NCBI GenBank assembly: GCA_017460745.1
Contig: JAFUAL010000014.1
Location: 924 to 64,923 of the forward strand
From: Bacilli bacterium
GTDB lineage: Bacteria > Bacillota_I > Bacilli_A > RF39 > UBA660
Length of the DNA: 64,000 nucleotides
Direction of reading: 5' to 3'
Both the position numbers and the translations under genes were made by a program. Of the stretch, positions 49,560-59,786 are shown one piece after another; position 1 is the first letter of the stretch; every line of letters starts with the position of its first letter. The notes under the pieces were generated by a model. The model was not told where the DNA came from. It was given only the letters and a program-made list of their open reading frames with translations, and searched no databases.

Positions 49560-49781
49560 ATGAGTATAGAAACCCAATTTTATTTAAATAATAATTTATT
49601 ACTTAAGAGATTTTTACATGAAAATCCTATGTATTATAAATACTTAAATAGAGACCCCAGATTTGTTATAGAACTTTCCAAGATAATGAAAGAAAAATAT
49701 AAAATAACACTTCCAGATAAAATAGATAGATTTAAAGATAAACTAGATATGTTGAATACGTTTATTGATATTTTTAATTAA
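49560..49781 (+). CDS. Hypothetical small protein
   Basis: 73-aa ORF tightly packed after the previous gene. Confidence 0.3.
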   Translation: MSIETQFYLNNNLLLKRFLHENPMYYKYLNRDPRFVIELSKIMKEKYKITLPDKIDRFKDKLDMLNTFIDIFN

Positions 49782-49799
49782 ATTTGATAGAATATACCT

Positions 49800-50087
49800 G
49801 TGATTTATATGAAATACAACGATTTAATAAATGAACTACTTGAAATACTCGATAAAAATTCAGATATAGTAAATTTGAAAGAGTTAAAAAAAACATTGTT
49901 AAATGACTCTAATTTTTTACGTGATTTAGAGAAATTTCATTTAATAAAAACGGTAGAGAACAAAAAGATATTATATCAAAATGATAATTATTTAAAATAC
50001 TTAAAATGTGAGACAAATATTAATATTTTAATTCAAGAAATAAAAAATAAATTTAAAATATTTAAGAAAAATGGGTGTTTAAGATGA
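49800..50087 (+). CDS. Hypothetical small protein
   Basis: 95-aa ORF that overlaps the rsmD start. Confidence 0.3.
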   Translation: MIYMKYNDLINELLEILDKNSDIVNLKELKKTLLNDSNFLRDLEKFHLIKTVENKKILYQNDNYLKYLKCETNINILIQEIKNKFKIFKKNGCLR

Positions 50088-50653
50088 AAGTAATAAGTGG
50101 AACTTTAAAGGGAAGAAAGATACTAGGATATAATATAGATGGTACTCGTCCTACAATGGATAGAGTAAAAGAAAGTATTTTTGCTCTTATACAAGATAAT
50201 GTTAAAGGAAGTATGGTACTTGATTTATTTTCTGGAAGTGGTAATTATGGAATAGAAGCAATTAGTAACTATGCAAATCTTGTATATTTTAATGATTATA
50301 ATAAAGAGTGTTGTAAAGTTATAAAGAAAAATCTTGAAACGTTTGATGTTTTAGATAAAGGTATAGTTTTAAATTTAGATTATATAAAATGTTTAGATTT
50401 ATTAAAAAAGCAAAATAAAAAATTTGATTTAGTTTTTTTGGACCCACCATATAAACTTGACGTAATAGATAAAATCATGAGCATTTTAGAAAAAAATAAA
50501 TTGTTAAATAATAATAGTTATGTTATAGTAGAGTTGGTAAATGATAATCTAAAAGAACAATATAATAGTTTAGTCAGAATAAAAAAACGAGTATTTGGTG
50601 AAAAAATTATATATGTATATAAGAATATGGGTGAAAGAGATGAATTTGAATAA
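50084..50653 (+). CDS. rsmD: 16S rRNA (guanine966-N2)-methyltransferase
   Basis: MKVISGTLKGRKI...DLFSGSGNYGIEA...LDPPY motifs. Confidence 0.85.
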   Translation: MKVISGTLKGRKILGYNIDGTRPTMDRVKESIFALIQDNVKGSMVLDLFSGSGNYGIEAISNYANLVYFNDYNKECCKVIKKNLETFDVLDKGIVLNLDYIKCLDLLKKQNKKFDLVFLDPPYKLDVIDKIMSILEKNKLLNNNSYVIVELVNDNLKEQYNSLVRIKKRVFGEKIIYVYKNMGERDEFE

Positions 50654-50822
50654 AAAAGGGTTTGCAATTTCTACTATGTTATATGGTCTTGTATTTGTTA
50701 CAATTGCTATATTTTATTTAATAATTGCAATGGTTAGTGGAAGACATGAAACTAATGAAGAATATACAGAAAGTGTTAGAAGTGAATTAAATGGATTAGA
50801 AATTGTTGTAAGTTGGAGGTAG
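50640..50822 (+). CDS. Type IV prepilin-like mini-protein
   Basis: MNLNKKGF/AISTMLYGLVFVTIAIFYLII has a KKGF-hydrophobic prepilin-like N-terminus with Thr (not Glu) at +5. RBS GGGTGAAAGAG. 61 aa. It overlaps the rsmD end. Confidence 0.4.
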   Translation: MNLNKKGFAISTMLYGLVFVTIAIFYLIIAMVSGRHETNEEYTESVRSELNGLEIVVSWR

Positions 50823-50825
50823 TAT

Positions 50826-51803
50826 ATGTGTGAAAATGTATTGTTTTTAAGAATATTAAGTTTTTTTTATACTGCAATGAGTTTTTTAAGATTTACTATT
50901 CCAATTATTTTAATAATAAAATTAACTTTTGATATATATAAAGGGATAATAAATACAAATGATAATTCATTTAAAGAGAAAGTAAGTCGTAGAATAATTG
51001 CATGTGTTATTATCTTTTTAGTACCAACAATTATAAATGTTTTTTTAGGATTAATTGAAACAGTAACGGGGATGGCATTTAATTATTCAGAGTGTACTGC
51101 TAATATAAAAAATATAGATTATTATGTTGAGAAAAGAGAACTTGAGGAAAAACTTTTATATGAAAAAGAAAGTAGTGAAGCATATCAAAAGTATCAAAAT
51201 GCTATTAATGATTTAACCAAAAAGATACAGGAAAGTTCAAGTAGTACAGGAAGCGGAGATGCAACAGCTATTAGAATAGGTGAAAAATATAATGTTACCG
51301 ATAAACAATTAGAAAATATTGCAAAAGTATGCCAAAGAGAACAAGGACGACCAGAGGGAGCTGCTGCAGAGGCTGAGTTAATGATAAATAAATATGTTTT
51401 AAGTGGATATAGTGGTTCTTTCTATGACTATTTATTTAATTCTAGTAATGGAAATTGGTGGCATCCAATTAAGGCTGGTAACTATGGTTCAACTAAATTA
51501 AAACCTGAAATAAAAGAAGCAGTTAGAAAAGTAGTAGTTGAGGGTCAAAGAAAGTATCCAGCTTACATAAATGAACATGATTGTATTAGTTGTGGAGATG
51601 TTTTATATATAAAAACAGATGGCCAAAGTGCAAATAAAAATAACAGAAGTGATTTTGTTCAAGATAAAACATTTGTTTATACAAAATATAAACAAAATTC
51701 TAAAGTTAAGTATTGGATATTCTATGCTTTTCCAGATGAAAAAAGTGATCCATTTGGTTATACTTATGATGCAAAAGATAAGTTAGCCGCGATCAGTAAG
51801 TAG
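50826..51803 (+). CDS. Two-TM D-x-Y-K family N-terminal domain fused to a ~230-aa C-terminal domain of unknown function (tandem paralog 1)
   Basis: The N-terminus FTIPIILIIKLTFDIYKGIINT...RRIIACVIIFLVPTIINVFLGL is homologous to the three small proteins at 37.6-39.0 kb. A SSSTGSGD linker follows, then a C-terminal domain with conserved Cys/His (KVCQREQG...NEHDCISCG). Confidence 0.55.
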   Translation: MCENVLFLRILSFFYTAMSFLRFTIPIILIIKLTFDIYKGIINTNDNSFKEKVSRRIIACVIIFLVPTIINVFLGLIETVTGMAFNYSECTANIKNIDYYVEKRELEEKLLYEKESSEAYQKYQNAINDLTKKIQESSSSTGSGDATAIRIGEKYNVTDKQLENIAKVCQREQGRPEGAAAEAELMINKYVLSGYSGSFYDYLFNSSNGNWWHPIKAGNYGSTKLKPEIKEAVRKVVVEGQRKYPAYINEHDCISCGDVLYIKTDGQSANKNNRSDFVQDKTFVYTKYKQNSKVKYWIFYAFPDEKSDPFGYTYDAKDKLAAISK

Positions 51804-51809
51804 GTAGTT

Positions 51810-52778
51810 ATGTGTGAGAATGTATTATTTTTAAGAATATTAAGTTTTTTTAATACTGCAATGAGTTTTCTAAGATTTGCTATTCCAATTATTTTAATAA
51901 TAAAATTAACTTTAGATATATATAAGGGAATAATAAATACAAATGATAATTCATTTAAAGAGAAAGTAAGTCGTAGAATAATTGCATGTGTTATTATCTT
52001 TTTAGTACCAACAATTATAAATGTTTTTTTAGGATTAATTGAAACAGCAACAGGAATGTCATTTAATTATTCAGAGTGTATTGCTAATATAAAAAATATA
52101 GAATATTATGTAGAAAAAAGAGAACTTGAAGAAAAACTTTTATATGAAAAAGAAAGTAGTGAAGCATATCAAAAGTATCAAAATGCTATTAATGATTTAA
52201 CCAAAAAGATACAGGAAAGTTCAAGTAGTACAGGAAGTGGAGATGCAACAGCTATTAGAATAGGTGAAAAATATAACGTTACCGATAAACAATTAGAAAA
52301 TATTGCTAAAGTATGTCAAAGAGAACAAGGACGACCAGAGGGAGCAGCCGCAGAGGCCGAGTTAATGATAAATAAATATGTTTTAAGTGGATATAGTGGC
52401 TCTCTTTATGACTATTTATTTAATTCTAGTAATGGTCGTTGGTGGCATCCAATTAAGGCTGGTAACTATGGCTCAACTAATTTAAAACCGGAGATAAAAG
52501 AAGCAGTTAGAAAAGTAGTAGTTGAAGGTCAAAGAAAATATCCGGCTTATATAAATGAACATGATTATTTTGGTGATATATCTAAAATTGTTACAAATGG
52601 TCAAAGTACAAGTAGTAGTTCTAGTATAAAAACACGTACAAATTATGTAAAAGATAACACCGTTATTTATAATAAAATGGGTTCAGTTTATACTTTTTAT
52701 ATGTTTCCAGATGATAAAAGTGATCCATTTGGTTATACTGTTAAGGCTAAAGAAAAAGTAGATGCAATGAATAAATAG
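51810..52778 (+). CDS. Tandem paralog 2 of the same fusion protein, with divergent C-terminal ~75 aa
   Basis: Near-identical to paralog 1 over ~245 aa, then diverges (NEHDYFGDISKIVTNGQSTSSSSS...). Confidence 0.55.
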   Translation: MCENVLFLRILSFFNTAMSFLRFAIPIILIIKLTLDIYKGIINTNDNSFKEKVSRRIIACVIIFLVPTIINVFLGLIETATGMSFNYSECIANIKNIEYYVEKRELEEKLLYEKESSEAYQKYQNAINDLTKKIQESSSSTGSGDATAIRIGEKYNVTDKQLENIAKVCQREQGRPEGAAAEAELMINKYVLSGYSGSLYDYLFNSSNGRWWHPIKAGNYGSTNLKPEIKEAVRKVVVEGQRKYPAYINEHDYFGDISKIVTNGQSTSSSSSIKTRTNYVKDNTVIYNKMGSVYTFYMFPDDKSDPFGYTVKAKEKVDAMNK

Positions 52779-52787
52779 GAGGATTAT

Positions 52788-53303
52788 ATGAAAAAAAATA
52801 TAACATATTTAGTAGTTTTAGTAATTGTTGTAGGTGCCTTGTTTGGACTTAATTATTTTTTAAGACCTAGTATGAAAGAACAGATAAAAACATATTTATT
52901 GGATAATGGTTTTAATCAAAGTGAATATGAAGATGTACTGGTTAAACAAGAATCAACTACTAAAAAAACATCATTTAGTTTAGGGGATTATACTTATATG
53001 TTAGAAGTGGATGAAACTAAAAGTGGAATGAAGACATCTCTTAATGCAACTTATGATTATAAAACGGAAGCTGTAGTTTATTCTTATCGAGTAAATTATA
53101 GTAATAATATTAATATTTGGTTTAAAGGTGAATATAAAGATGATTCTTTTACGTGTAATAAAGAGTTTTCATCAGCAACAATATCTTCTAGTGAGCAAGA
53201 AAATATTTGCAATTTAGCCAGTGTTAATGTTAAAATATTTGAACTTGAGGCCAAAACATTATTTACTAAATATAAGTATGTTGATTATATAAAAAATAGA
53301 TAA
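52788..53303 (+). CDS. Secreted/membrane-anchored hypothetical protein
   Basis: 171 aa with a signal-anchor LVVLVIVVGALFGL and RBS AGGAGGA. Confidence 0.4.
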   Translation: MKKNITYLVVLVIVVGALFGLNYFLRPSMKEQIKTYLLDNGFNQSEYEDVLVKQESTTKKTSFSLGDYTYMLEVDETKSGMKTSLNATYDYKTEAVVYSYRVNYSNNINIWFKGEYKDDSFTCNKEFSSATISSSEQENICNLASVNVKIFELEAKTLFTKYKYVDYIKNR

Positions 53304-53336
53304 AATACTAGAAATAAAAACAAGAGGAGGAATAAA

Positions 53337-54983
53337 ATGAGTAAAATAAATATATTTGCACTTGGAGGATTAAATGAAGATGGCAAAAATATGTATGTTG
53401 TATCAGTTGATTCTGACATATATGTTTTTGATGCTGGACTAAAATATCCAAAAGATAGATATTTAGGAATTGATTATATAATACCATCATTTGATTATTT
53501 AAAGAAAAATATAAAAAAAGTAAAAGGAATATTTTTATCTCATGGTCATGAATCAAATATTGGAGCAATTTCTGATATTCTAATGGATTTACCAAATATT
53601 CCTATTTATGCAACTAAGTATACGATGGAAATCTTGAAAATTCAACTTGAATTTGATAATGTTAAAGCAAATAATTTAAGAGAAATTAAATTTAATGTGC
53701 CAATTTCTTTTGGAAATAATTCTATTTTTCCAATTAGGGTAACACATTCCATACCAGACTCTACTTTATATGTTTTAAATACCAAAGATGGAAGTATTGT
53801 TTATACGGGAGATTTTATATTCGATCCAACTATGCCTGAACATTTTTCATGTGATATTGGACGTCTTGCGTATGTTGGTAAACAAAATGTATTATGTTTA
53901 TTAACAGAATCAATGTACTCTGAAAAACCAGGCTTTACAACTCCAGAACATAGAGTTGGAGGATTTATTAGAAAGGTATTACATGAAAATGAATCTCGAA
54001 TTATCATGAGTGTTTTACCAGCCCATATCTATAGAATTCAAGAAATATTTGATGAAGTATCCAAAACAAATCGCAGTATTGTTATAATGGGGAAGCTTCT
54101 TAATGAGATTATTAATCGTTCAATTGATATGAAATATTTAAATATAAATCGTAATAAAATTGGAGATTTAAGTAATTTAAATGATAAAGGTGTAATCGTT
54201 TTAGTCAGTGATTTAAAAGAAAAACCATATGCTAATTTGGAAAGAATTTTAAAAGATAATGACAAATATATTAAACTATCAAGCGATGATACAATCTTTA
54301 TAACAGAACCAATGTATATGGGTGTTGAAAAAAGAATGGTTTATATCATGGATGAATTTGCAAGACGTAGAATAAATGTTGTAGCCTTGTCTTCAAAAGA
54401 ACATTTATTATTTCACCCATCTAAAGAAGATATTATGTTAATGATTCAACTTATGAATCCTAAATATTATTTTCCAGTTAAAGGTAATTACAAAGATCAA
54501 GTGGAAAATGGAAATCTTGCTTTAAAACTTGGTATAAAAAAAGACAAAATATTATTAAAACAAAATGGAGATATTGTAACATTTGTAAATGGAAAACTTG
54601 AAGAAAACTTTAAAAGTATCAAAGTTGATGAAGTATTAATTGATGGAAAAAGTCAAAATGATATTGGAGAAGTAGTTTTAAAAGATCGTGAAATGTTAGC
54701 AGAGGCTGGTATTGTAATTGTAACAGCAACTCTTGATAAGAAAACAAAAGAAATGTTAACTGATGTTGAAATACTTACAAGAGGATTTATTTATGTTAAA
54801 GATAATATGGATATTTTAAAAGAGGCAAGTATTATTTCAGAACAAATTATTAAGAATAATACTACTAATAATTATGTTGATTATAATAATATTAAACAAG
54901 AAATACGTAGTACTTTAGGAAAATATTTTTATGATGAAGCTGAATGTCGTCCAATGATTATTACTGTAATTGGAGAAATTTAA
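53337..54983 (+). CDS. rnj: Ribonuclease J family protein with non-canonical motif II (RNase J2-like)
   Basis: Beta-CASP/metallo-beta-lactamase architecture. 548 aa. Motif II reads HGHESN instead of the canonical HGHEDH. Confidence 0.8.
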   Translation: MSKINIFALGGLNEDGKNMYVVSVDSDIYVFDAGLKYPKDRYLGIDYIIPSFDYLKKNIKKVKGIFLSHGHESNIGAISDILMDLPNIPIYATKYTMEILKIQLEFDNVKANNLREIKFNVPISFGNNSIFPIRVTHSIPDSTLYVLNTKDGSIVYTGDFIFDPTMPEHFSCDIGRLAYVGKQNVLCLLTESMYSEKPGFTTPEHRVGGFIRKVLHENESRIIMSVLPAHIYRIQEIFDEVSKTNRSIVIMGKLLNEIINRSIDMKYLNINRNKIGDLSNLNDKGVIVLVSDLKEKPYANLERILKDNDKYIKLSSDDTIFITEPMYMGVEKRMVYIMDEFARRRINVVALSSKEHLLFHPSKEDIMLMIQLMNPKYYFPVKGNYKDQVENGNLALKLGIKKDKILLKQNGDIVTFVNGKLEENFKSIKVDEVLIDGKSQNDIGEVVLKDREMLAEAGIVIVTATLDKKTKEMLTDVEILTRGFIYVKDNMDILKEASIISEQIIKNNTTNNYVDYNNIKQEIRSTLGKYFYDEAECRPMIITVIGEI

Positions 54984-56083
54984 TGAATATTTTAAGTATT
55001 ATAATAATTGTTATCTTAATAATTTTAGTTATATTAAATATCTTTTTATTAATTAAATTAAATAGTAAAAAAAGTAATAATCTTGATTTAATAGAAAGAT
55101 TAGGTAAATTTGAATTATCTATTAATAAAGAAGTAAGTGATTTAAAAGAAAATTTAAAAAGTGATATGATGAATAACTTTATTAAAGTAAATGATAAATT
55201 AGAAACTAAATTAAATGAAATAGATAATAAAGTTAATAATCGTATTGATGAAAACTTTGAAAAAACTAATAAAACGTTTACTTCTGTTTTAGAGCGTCTT
55301 TCTAAAATAGATGAGGCTCAAAAGAAAATTGATAATTTATCAATGGATATAATCTCACTTGAAAATATTTTAACAGATAAGAAAACAAGAGGTATATTTG
55401 GAGAAGTTAATTTATATAGTATTTTAAAGAATGTTTTTGGTGAACGAAATGATAGAATTTATAGAAAACAATATAAATTATCAAATGGTTATATAGCCGA
55501 TTCAGTAATATTTTCACCTAGTCCTTTAGGAACAATTGCAATTGATTCAAAGTTTCCATTAGAAAATTATCGGATAATGGTTGATAAAAAGAAAAGTGAT
55601 GAAGAAAGAACAATTGCTTATAAAAAATTTAAGACTGATGTAAAAAAACATATTGATGATATAAGTTATAAATATATTATTGATGGTGAGACAAGTAATC
55701 AAGCTATGATGTTTATACCAGCTGAAGCAATATTTGCTGAAATAAATGCTTATCACATGGATTTAATTGAATATGCTTATAAGAAACGTGTTTGGCTTGT
55801 TAGTCCTACAACTTTAATATCAACTTTAACTATGATTTTAATGATAATTCAGAATATTGAAAGAGATAAATATACAAGTATAATACATGAAGAATTAAAT
55901 AAACTAGGTAACTTGTTTGATAATTTTAAAGAAAGATTTGATAAGTTATCTAGAAGTGTTGTAACTGTTAATAAAGATATAGAATCATTTGCAATTACAA
56001 CCGATAAAATTAAAAAGAAATTTGATAGTATATCAAATGTTGAAATTAAAGATAATAAATTAATAGAAGTAGAGGACGAATAA
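54983..56083 (+). CDS. rmuC: DNA recombination protein RmuC family
   Basis: An N-terminal TM, a long coiled-coil and a C-terminal RmuC-like domain. ATG overlaps the rnj stop (TAATG). Confidence 0.55.
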   Translation: MNILSIIIIVILIILVILNIFLLIKLNSKKSNNLDLIERLGKFELSINKEVSDLKENLKSDMMNNFIKVNDKLETKLNEIDNKVNNRIDENFEKTNKTFTSVLERLSKIDEAQKKIDNLSMDIISLENILTDKKTRGIFGEVNLYSILKNVFGERNDRIYRKQYKLSNGYIADSVIFSPSPLGTIAIDSKFPLENYRIMVDKKKSDEERTIAYKKFKTDVKKHIDDISYKYIIDGETSNQAMMFIPAEAIFAEINAYHMDLIEYAYKKRVWLVSPTTLISTLTMILMIIQNIERDKYTSIIHEELNKLGNLFDNFKERFDKLSRSVVTVNKDIESFAITTDKIKKKFDSISNVEIKDNKLIEVEDE

Positions 56084-56168
56084 AAGATAAAATTAATTTT
56101 TAAATTAAATTATCTTTTTTTTCTTTAATTTTTAATTTTTATGATATCATAATAATATAGGAGTTTTT

Positions 56169-57893
56169 ATGAAGAAAAAGCGTGTTAAATTAAAAAAGAA
56201 AAATTTCAGCTTGTTTATCATAATTATTATATTATTTACATTAGGATGTATTTGGATATTTAATAAAGAAGGGGTAACGACCAAATTTTTTGAAACACCA
56301 AGTACAGGTTATATTGCAAGTACAAATAATAAAGTTATGTTAATGAAATTAGAAACTGCTTCAGAAGAAGAAAAATTAGTTGATGGTAAAGAACTTGTAA
56401 GAGGTACTACTATTAAGTATTTAAATAAAGATAAGAAAACAATAGATGAAAAAGAATATATTTGTGTTAAATTAGATGACGGAGAATATTATATTTTATC
56501 CACTAATGTTGTGGATAAAAAAGAAGATGTCGTTCAAGAGAGTGAAATGTACGTTAGGACCAGTTTTAATTTACTAAAAGATTTAGATGGAAATATTGAT
56601 ACTTTATTAAAAAAAGGAGATAAAGTTGAAATAATTGGTTATGAAAATTTAGATGCTGATGGAAAAGTTGATATTTATAAAGTTAAAAGTGAAGATAATG
56701 AAGGCTACTTTTATGGTGATTATTTAGTCCTTACAAATGAAGAAGCCCTTAGTAATTATGATGCAGATGGAATTTATAAAATTCATGAATCGCGTAGTGA
56801 CAAATATGGTGGAGGAAGTGCAGCCACTTTAGATTATTTTCCAGTTTTAAAACCAACATTTGAAAATAATAAAATGCCAGATGAAGTATATGCTTTATAT
56901 ATAAATGGTTCCAAAGGAATAAAATCGAGTATAGATAATTATATAGAATATGCTAAAACAACTAAAATAAATGCTTTTGTTGTTGATATAAAAGATGATC
57001 AAGTTCCAGCTTATAAAAGTAAAATATATGAAACATATTCTCCAACAAATTTCAAGTATGCCTACAATAGTGTAGAAGACTATGAATATGCTATTTCCCG
57101 TCTTAAAGAAGAAGGCTTTTATGTAATTGGGAGAATTACAACTTTTAAAGATGATTATTATGCTATAGATAATCCAGATAATGTTATTAAAAAAAGTGAT
57201 GGAAGTTTACTTAAACATAATGGTTCTTATTGGCCAACAGCCTTTAGTCGTGATGTATGGAAATTTAATGTTGATCTTGCAAAAGAAGCAATTAATTTAT
57301 TCCATTTTGATGAAATTCAATTTGATTATTGTCGTTTTCCGGATCGTTTAAATACATATGAAAAAGCAGGTACAATTGATTATAATAATAAATACAAAGA
57401 AACAAAAGCTGAGGCTATTCAAAAGTTTTTAATGTATGCAACAAGGGAAATTCATAAATTAAATGTTTATGTATCGGTTGATGTATTTGGTGAATCAACT
57501 TGGGGATATGTAACAGCCTATGGACAATATTGGCCTGCAATGTCAAATATAGTTGATGCTATAAGTGCCATGCCATATACTGATCACTTTGAACGTGTGG
57601 AATCTTATTGGAAAAATCCATATCAAACTATGCTTAATTGGGGAAAGACAGCCAGTATTCGTCAACAAGAAACACCAACTCCAGCTATACCTCGTACTTG
57701 GATTACAGCTTATGATACACCATATTGGAATCCGACAGTAACATACGATGGAAAAATGCTTGAACAAGAGATTCAAGGATTATATGATGCTGGTCTTAAA
57801 GGTGGATACATGACATGGAATTCAGGTAGTAATTTAGCAAAATACAAAACCCAAGCCTCTGCATTTAGTAAAATATATATAAGTAAAACATAG
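56169..57893 (+). CDS. Membrane-anchored putative glycoside hydrolase (DUF4015-like)
   Basis: An N-terminal TM and a C-terminal TIM-barrel-like region (ALYINGSKGI...AFVVDIKDD...FDEIQFDYCRFP) resembling DUF4015 putative hydrolases. Confidence 0.4.
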   Translation: MKKKRVKLKKKNFSLFIIIIILFTLGCIWIFNKEGVTTKFFETPSTGYIASTNNKVMLMKLETASEEEKLVDGKELVRGTTIKYLNKDKKTIDEKEYICVKLDDGEYYILSTNVVDKKEDVVQESEMYVRTSFNLLKDLDGNIDTLLKKGDKVEIIGYENLDADGKVDIYKVKSEDNEGYFYGDYLVLTNEEALSNYDADGIYKIHESRSDKYGGGSAATLDYFPVLKPTFENNKMPDEVYALYINGSKGIKSSIDNYIEYAKTTKINAFVVDIKDDQVPAYKSKIYETYSPTNFKYAYNSVEDYEYAISRLKEEGFYVIGRITTFKDDYYAIDNPDNVIKKSDGSLLKHNGSYWPTAFSRDVWKFNVDLAKEAINLFHFDEIQFDYCRFPDRLNTYEKAGTIDYNNKYKETKAEAIQKFLMYATREIHKLNVYVSVDVFGESTWGYVTAYGQYWPAMSNIVDAISAMPYTDHFERVESYWKNPYQTMLNWGKTASIRQQETPTPAIPRTWITAYDTPYWNPTVTYDGKMLEQEIQGLYDAGLKGGYMTWNSGSNLAKYKTQASAFSKIYISKT

Positions 57894-57904
57894 AAAGGAA
57901 ACAA

Positions 57905-58195
57905 TTGATGAAGACAAAAGAAATAAAACTAGAAAGTAATAGTTATACAGTAGTTGAAAATAAAAATGATTGCTTAAATATAGAAGAATTAGAAGGAAAA
58001 TATACTGACTATTTTAATGACTATGATTATATATTAGGAGATTATGCTTATAATAAACTACGTTTAAAAGGTTTCTGTGATAAGCAAAATAAAAAATGTA
58101 ACAATATTAATAATATAAATATCAAAGATAAATATTTAAAAGAACTTTGTGCATACGAATGTAACTATTTTTTAATAAAAAAAATTAATCAATAA
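57905..58195 (+). CDS. Small Cys-containing hypothetical protein
   Basis: 96-aa ORF with RBS AAAGGAAA. Confidence 0.3.
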   Translation: MMKTKEIKLESNSYTVVENKNDCLNIEELEGKYTDYFNDYDYILGDYAYNKLRLKGFCDKQNKKCNNINNINIKDKYLKELCAYECNYFLIKKINQ

Positions 58196-58266
58196 ATTCT
58201 TGAATTTATTGGTTTTTTTACAAAAATAAAGTAAAAGTACTTGAAATATAAAATAAATATGTTAAA

Positions 58267-58563
58267 ATGAATATAGAAGATATGGAGGATAATATGAATA
58301 TTGATGAGAAAAAGAAAATGACATTGACTCTAGAAAATGGTACTAAAGAAGAAGTAGAACTTTTATTATCTTTTAAATTCAACGATAATAATAAAGAATA
58401 TGTTATATATACAAAAAACGAAAAAGATGATAATGGAAACGTAACGATTTATGTTTCTAGTGTTACTCGTGTAAATGATGATATTACACTTGGCACAATA
58501 ACAGATGATGCGGAATGGTCAAGAATTAAAGATCTTTTAAGAGAACTTTCAAAAAATGAATAA
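58267..58563 (+). CDS. DUF1292-family small acidic protein
   Basis: LTLENGTKEEVELLLSFKFNDNNKEYVIY matches the DUF1292 pattern. Alternative start at ATG 58294 after GGAGGA. Confidence 0.5.
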   Translation: MNIEDMEDNMNIDEKKKMTLTLENGTKEEVELLLSFKFNDNNKEYVIYTKNEKDDNGNVTIYVSSVTRVNDDITLGTITDDAEWSRIKDLLRELSKNE

Positions 58564-58578
58564 TCGGGAGGTGAAATT

Positions 58579-59481
58579 ATGCTTAACAATATTAGTACGA
58601 CAGATGATAGTATCTATTATTTAGGTGATAGACCAAGAAATGGAGCAAGATTAGTAAAATTAAGTAATCCCGGTTCGTTTAAAGCTAAAACAACAAAATT
58701 ACAAGAAGAATATAGAAGTAGTCATCCAGTAGAAGAAAATAATGTTGAAGTTTCAAGCGCTCAAGAAACACCAGTTGCGTCTAACTCTGAAGTAGACCAA
58801 CAAGTTGAGTCAAAAGAAGCAGATGAACCTAATGATAATATACTTCCATTTACAAGTAAAGAGGTATTATTATCAAAAAAAGATAGTTTAGGAATTGAAG
58901 CATATCAAGATGTTGAAAGCAATATTGTTAATTTACAAGATTATCAAAATGCAAGAAGGCTTAGGGTAAATGAAGTAGTAGTAGGAAATGCAAATCGTAC
59001 AAGAAATGTTCTTGGTACTGTAAGAGCAAATGTAGAAAGCAATACAGAAGTAAGTCAAGAGCCATTTGATTTTAGTAATGTTGTTGCCTCAAATCAAACT
59101 GATGCAGCTAGTGAAGCAGAGGTAAAATATGATAACGATACAAAATTAGATCAATGGTTGAATAAAGAAAATGGAACACAGTCAATAAATACAAATGATG
59201 CAATGTTAAATGAGGTAAATGAATTACAAAATAAACGTAATGACAATGCTAATTCGCTTGCAACCCAAAAAGAAATATTAGAAGCCCTTCGTGCTCGTAT
59301 AGCAACAAATGAAGAATTGTGTAGACAAAGAAAACAACAATTAGAAGAAGAAAATTTACAACTTACTCAAGAATTAAATGATGTTCTTGCTGAGATAAAT
59401 CAATTAACAAGTTTAGCTAATGAGCAAGAAGCATTCTTAGGAATATCTGATGAAGAAGTAGGTAAGAGTAAAGCAGCTTAA
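58579..59481 (+). CDS. Hypothetical protein with C-terminal coiled coil
   Basis: 300-aa ORF with RBS GGGAGGTGA. The C-terminal 80 aa are heptad-rich. Confidence 0.4.
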   Translation: MLNNISTTDDSIYYLGDRPRNGARLVKLSNPGSFKAKTTKLQEEYRSSHPVEENNVEVSSAQETPVASNSEVDQQVESKEADEPNDNILPFTSKEVLLSKKDSLGIEAYQDVESNIVNLQDYQNARRLRVNEVVVGNANRTRNVLGTVRANVESNTEVSQEPFDFSNVVASNQTDAASEAEVKYDNDTKLDQWLNKENGTQSINTNDAMLNEVNELQNKRNDNANSLATQKEILEALRARIATNEELCRQRKQQLEEENLQLTQELNDVLAEINQLTSLANEQEAFLGISDEEVGKSKAA

Positions 59482-59585
59482 AATAAAAGTATAAAGTTAT
59501 AGATTAGTCTATAACTTTTTTTGAATAAAAAAATAAATATTAATCATAATATTAAAGAGAAAATAGTATTATTTATTGGTGAGGT

Positions 59586-59786
59586 GTGATACGTTTTTTT
59601 CTATTCTTAATAGGTTTTGGTTTTAGTGTTATAGGTTGTATGTATATAATTTTATATTTAAATTATTTAACCATTGGATATAGTTTTTTAGAATATCTAA
59701 AATTTATTTTAGGAAGATTTGAATGCTTATTATCCGTTATAGGTTTTCTTTTAATTATTATATCCATATGTAAAAAGGAGATATGA
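59586..59786 (+). CDS. Small two-TM membrane protein
   Basis: 66 aa with RBS GGTGAGGTG. Start-stop coupled (ATGA) to the next gene. Confidence 0.35.
   Translation: MIRFFLFLIGFGFSVIGCMYIILYLNYLTIGYSFLEYLKFILGRFECLLSVIGFLLIIISICKKEI

Noticed and set aside
50595-50822. Longer 75-aa version of the prepilin-like ORF starting at MVKKLYMYIRIW
   Set aside because: The extension lies inside rsmD and has no RBS. ATG 50640 is preceded by GGGTGAAAGAG and yields the prepilin-like N-terminus.
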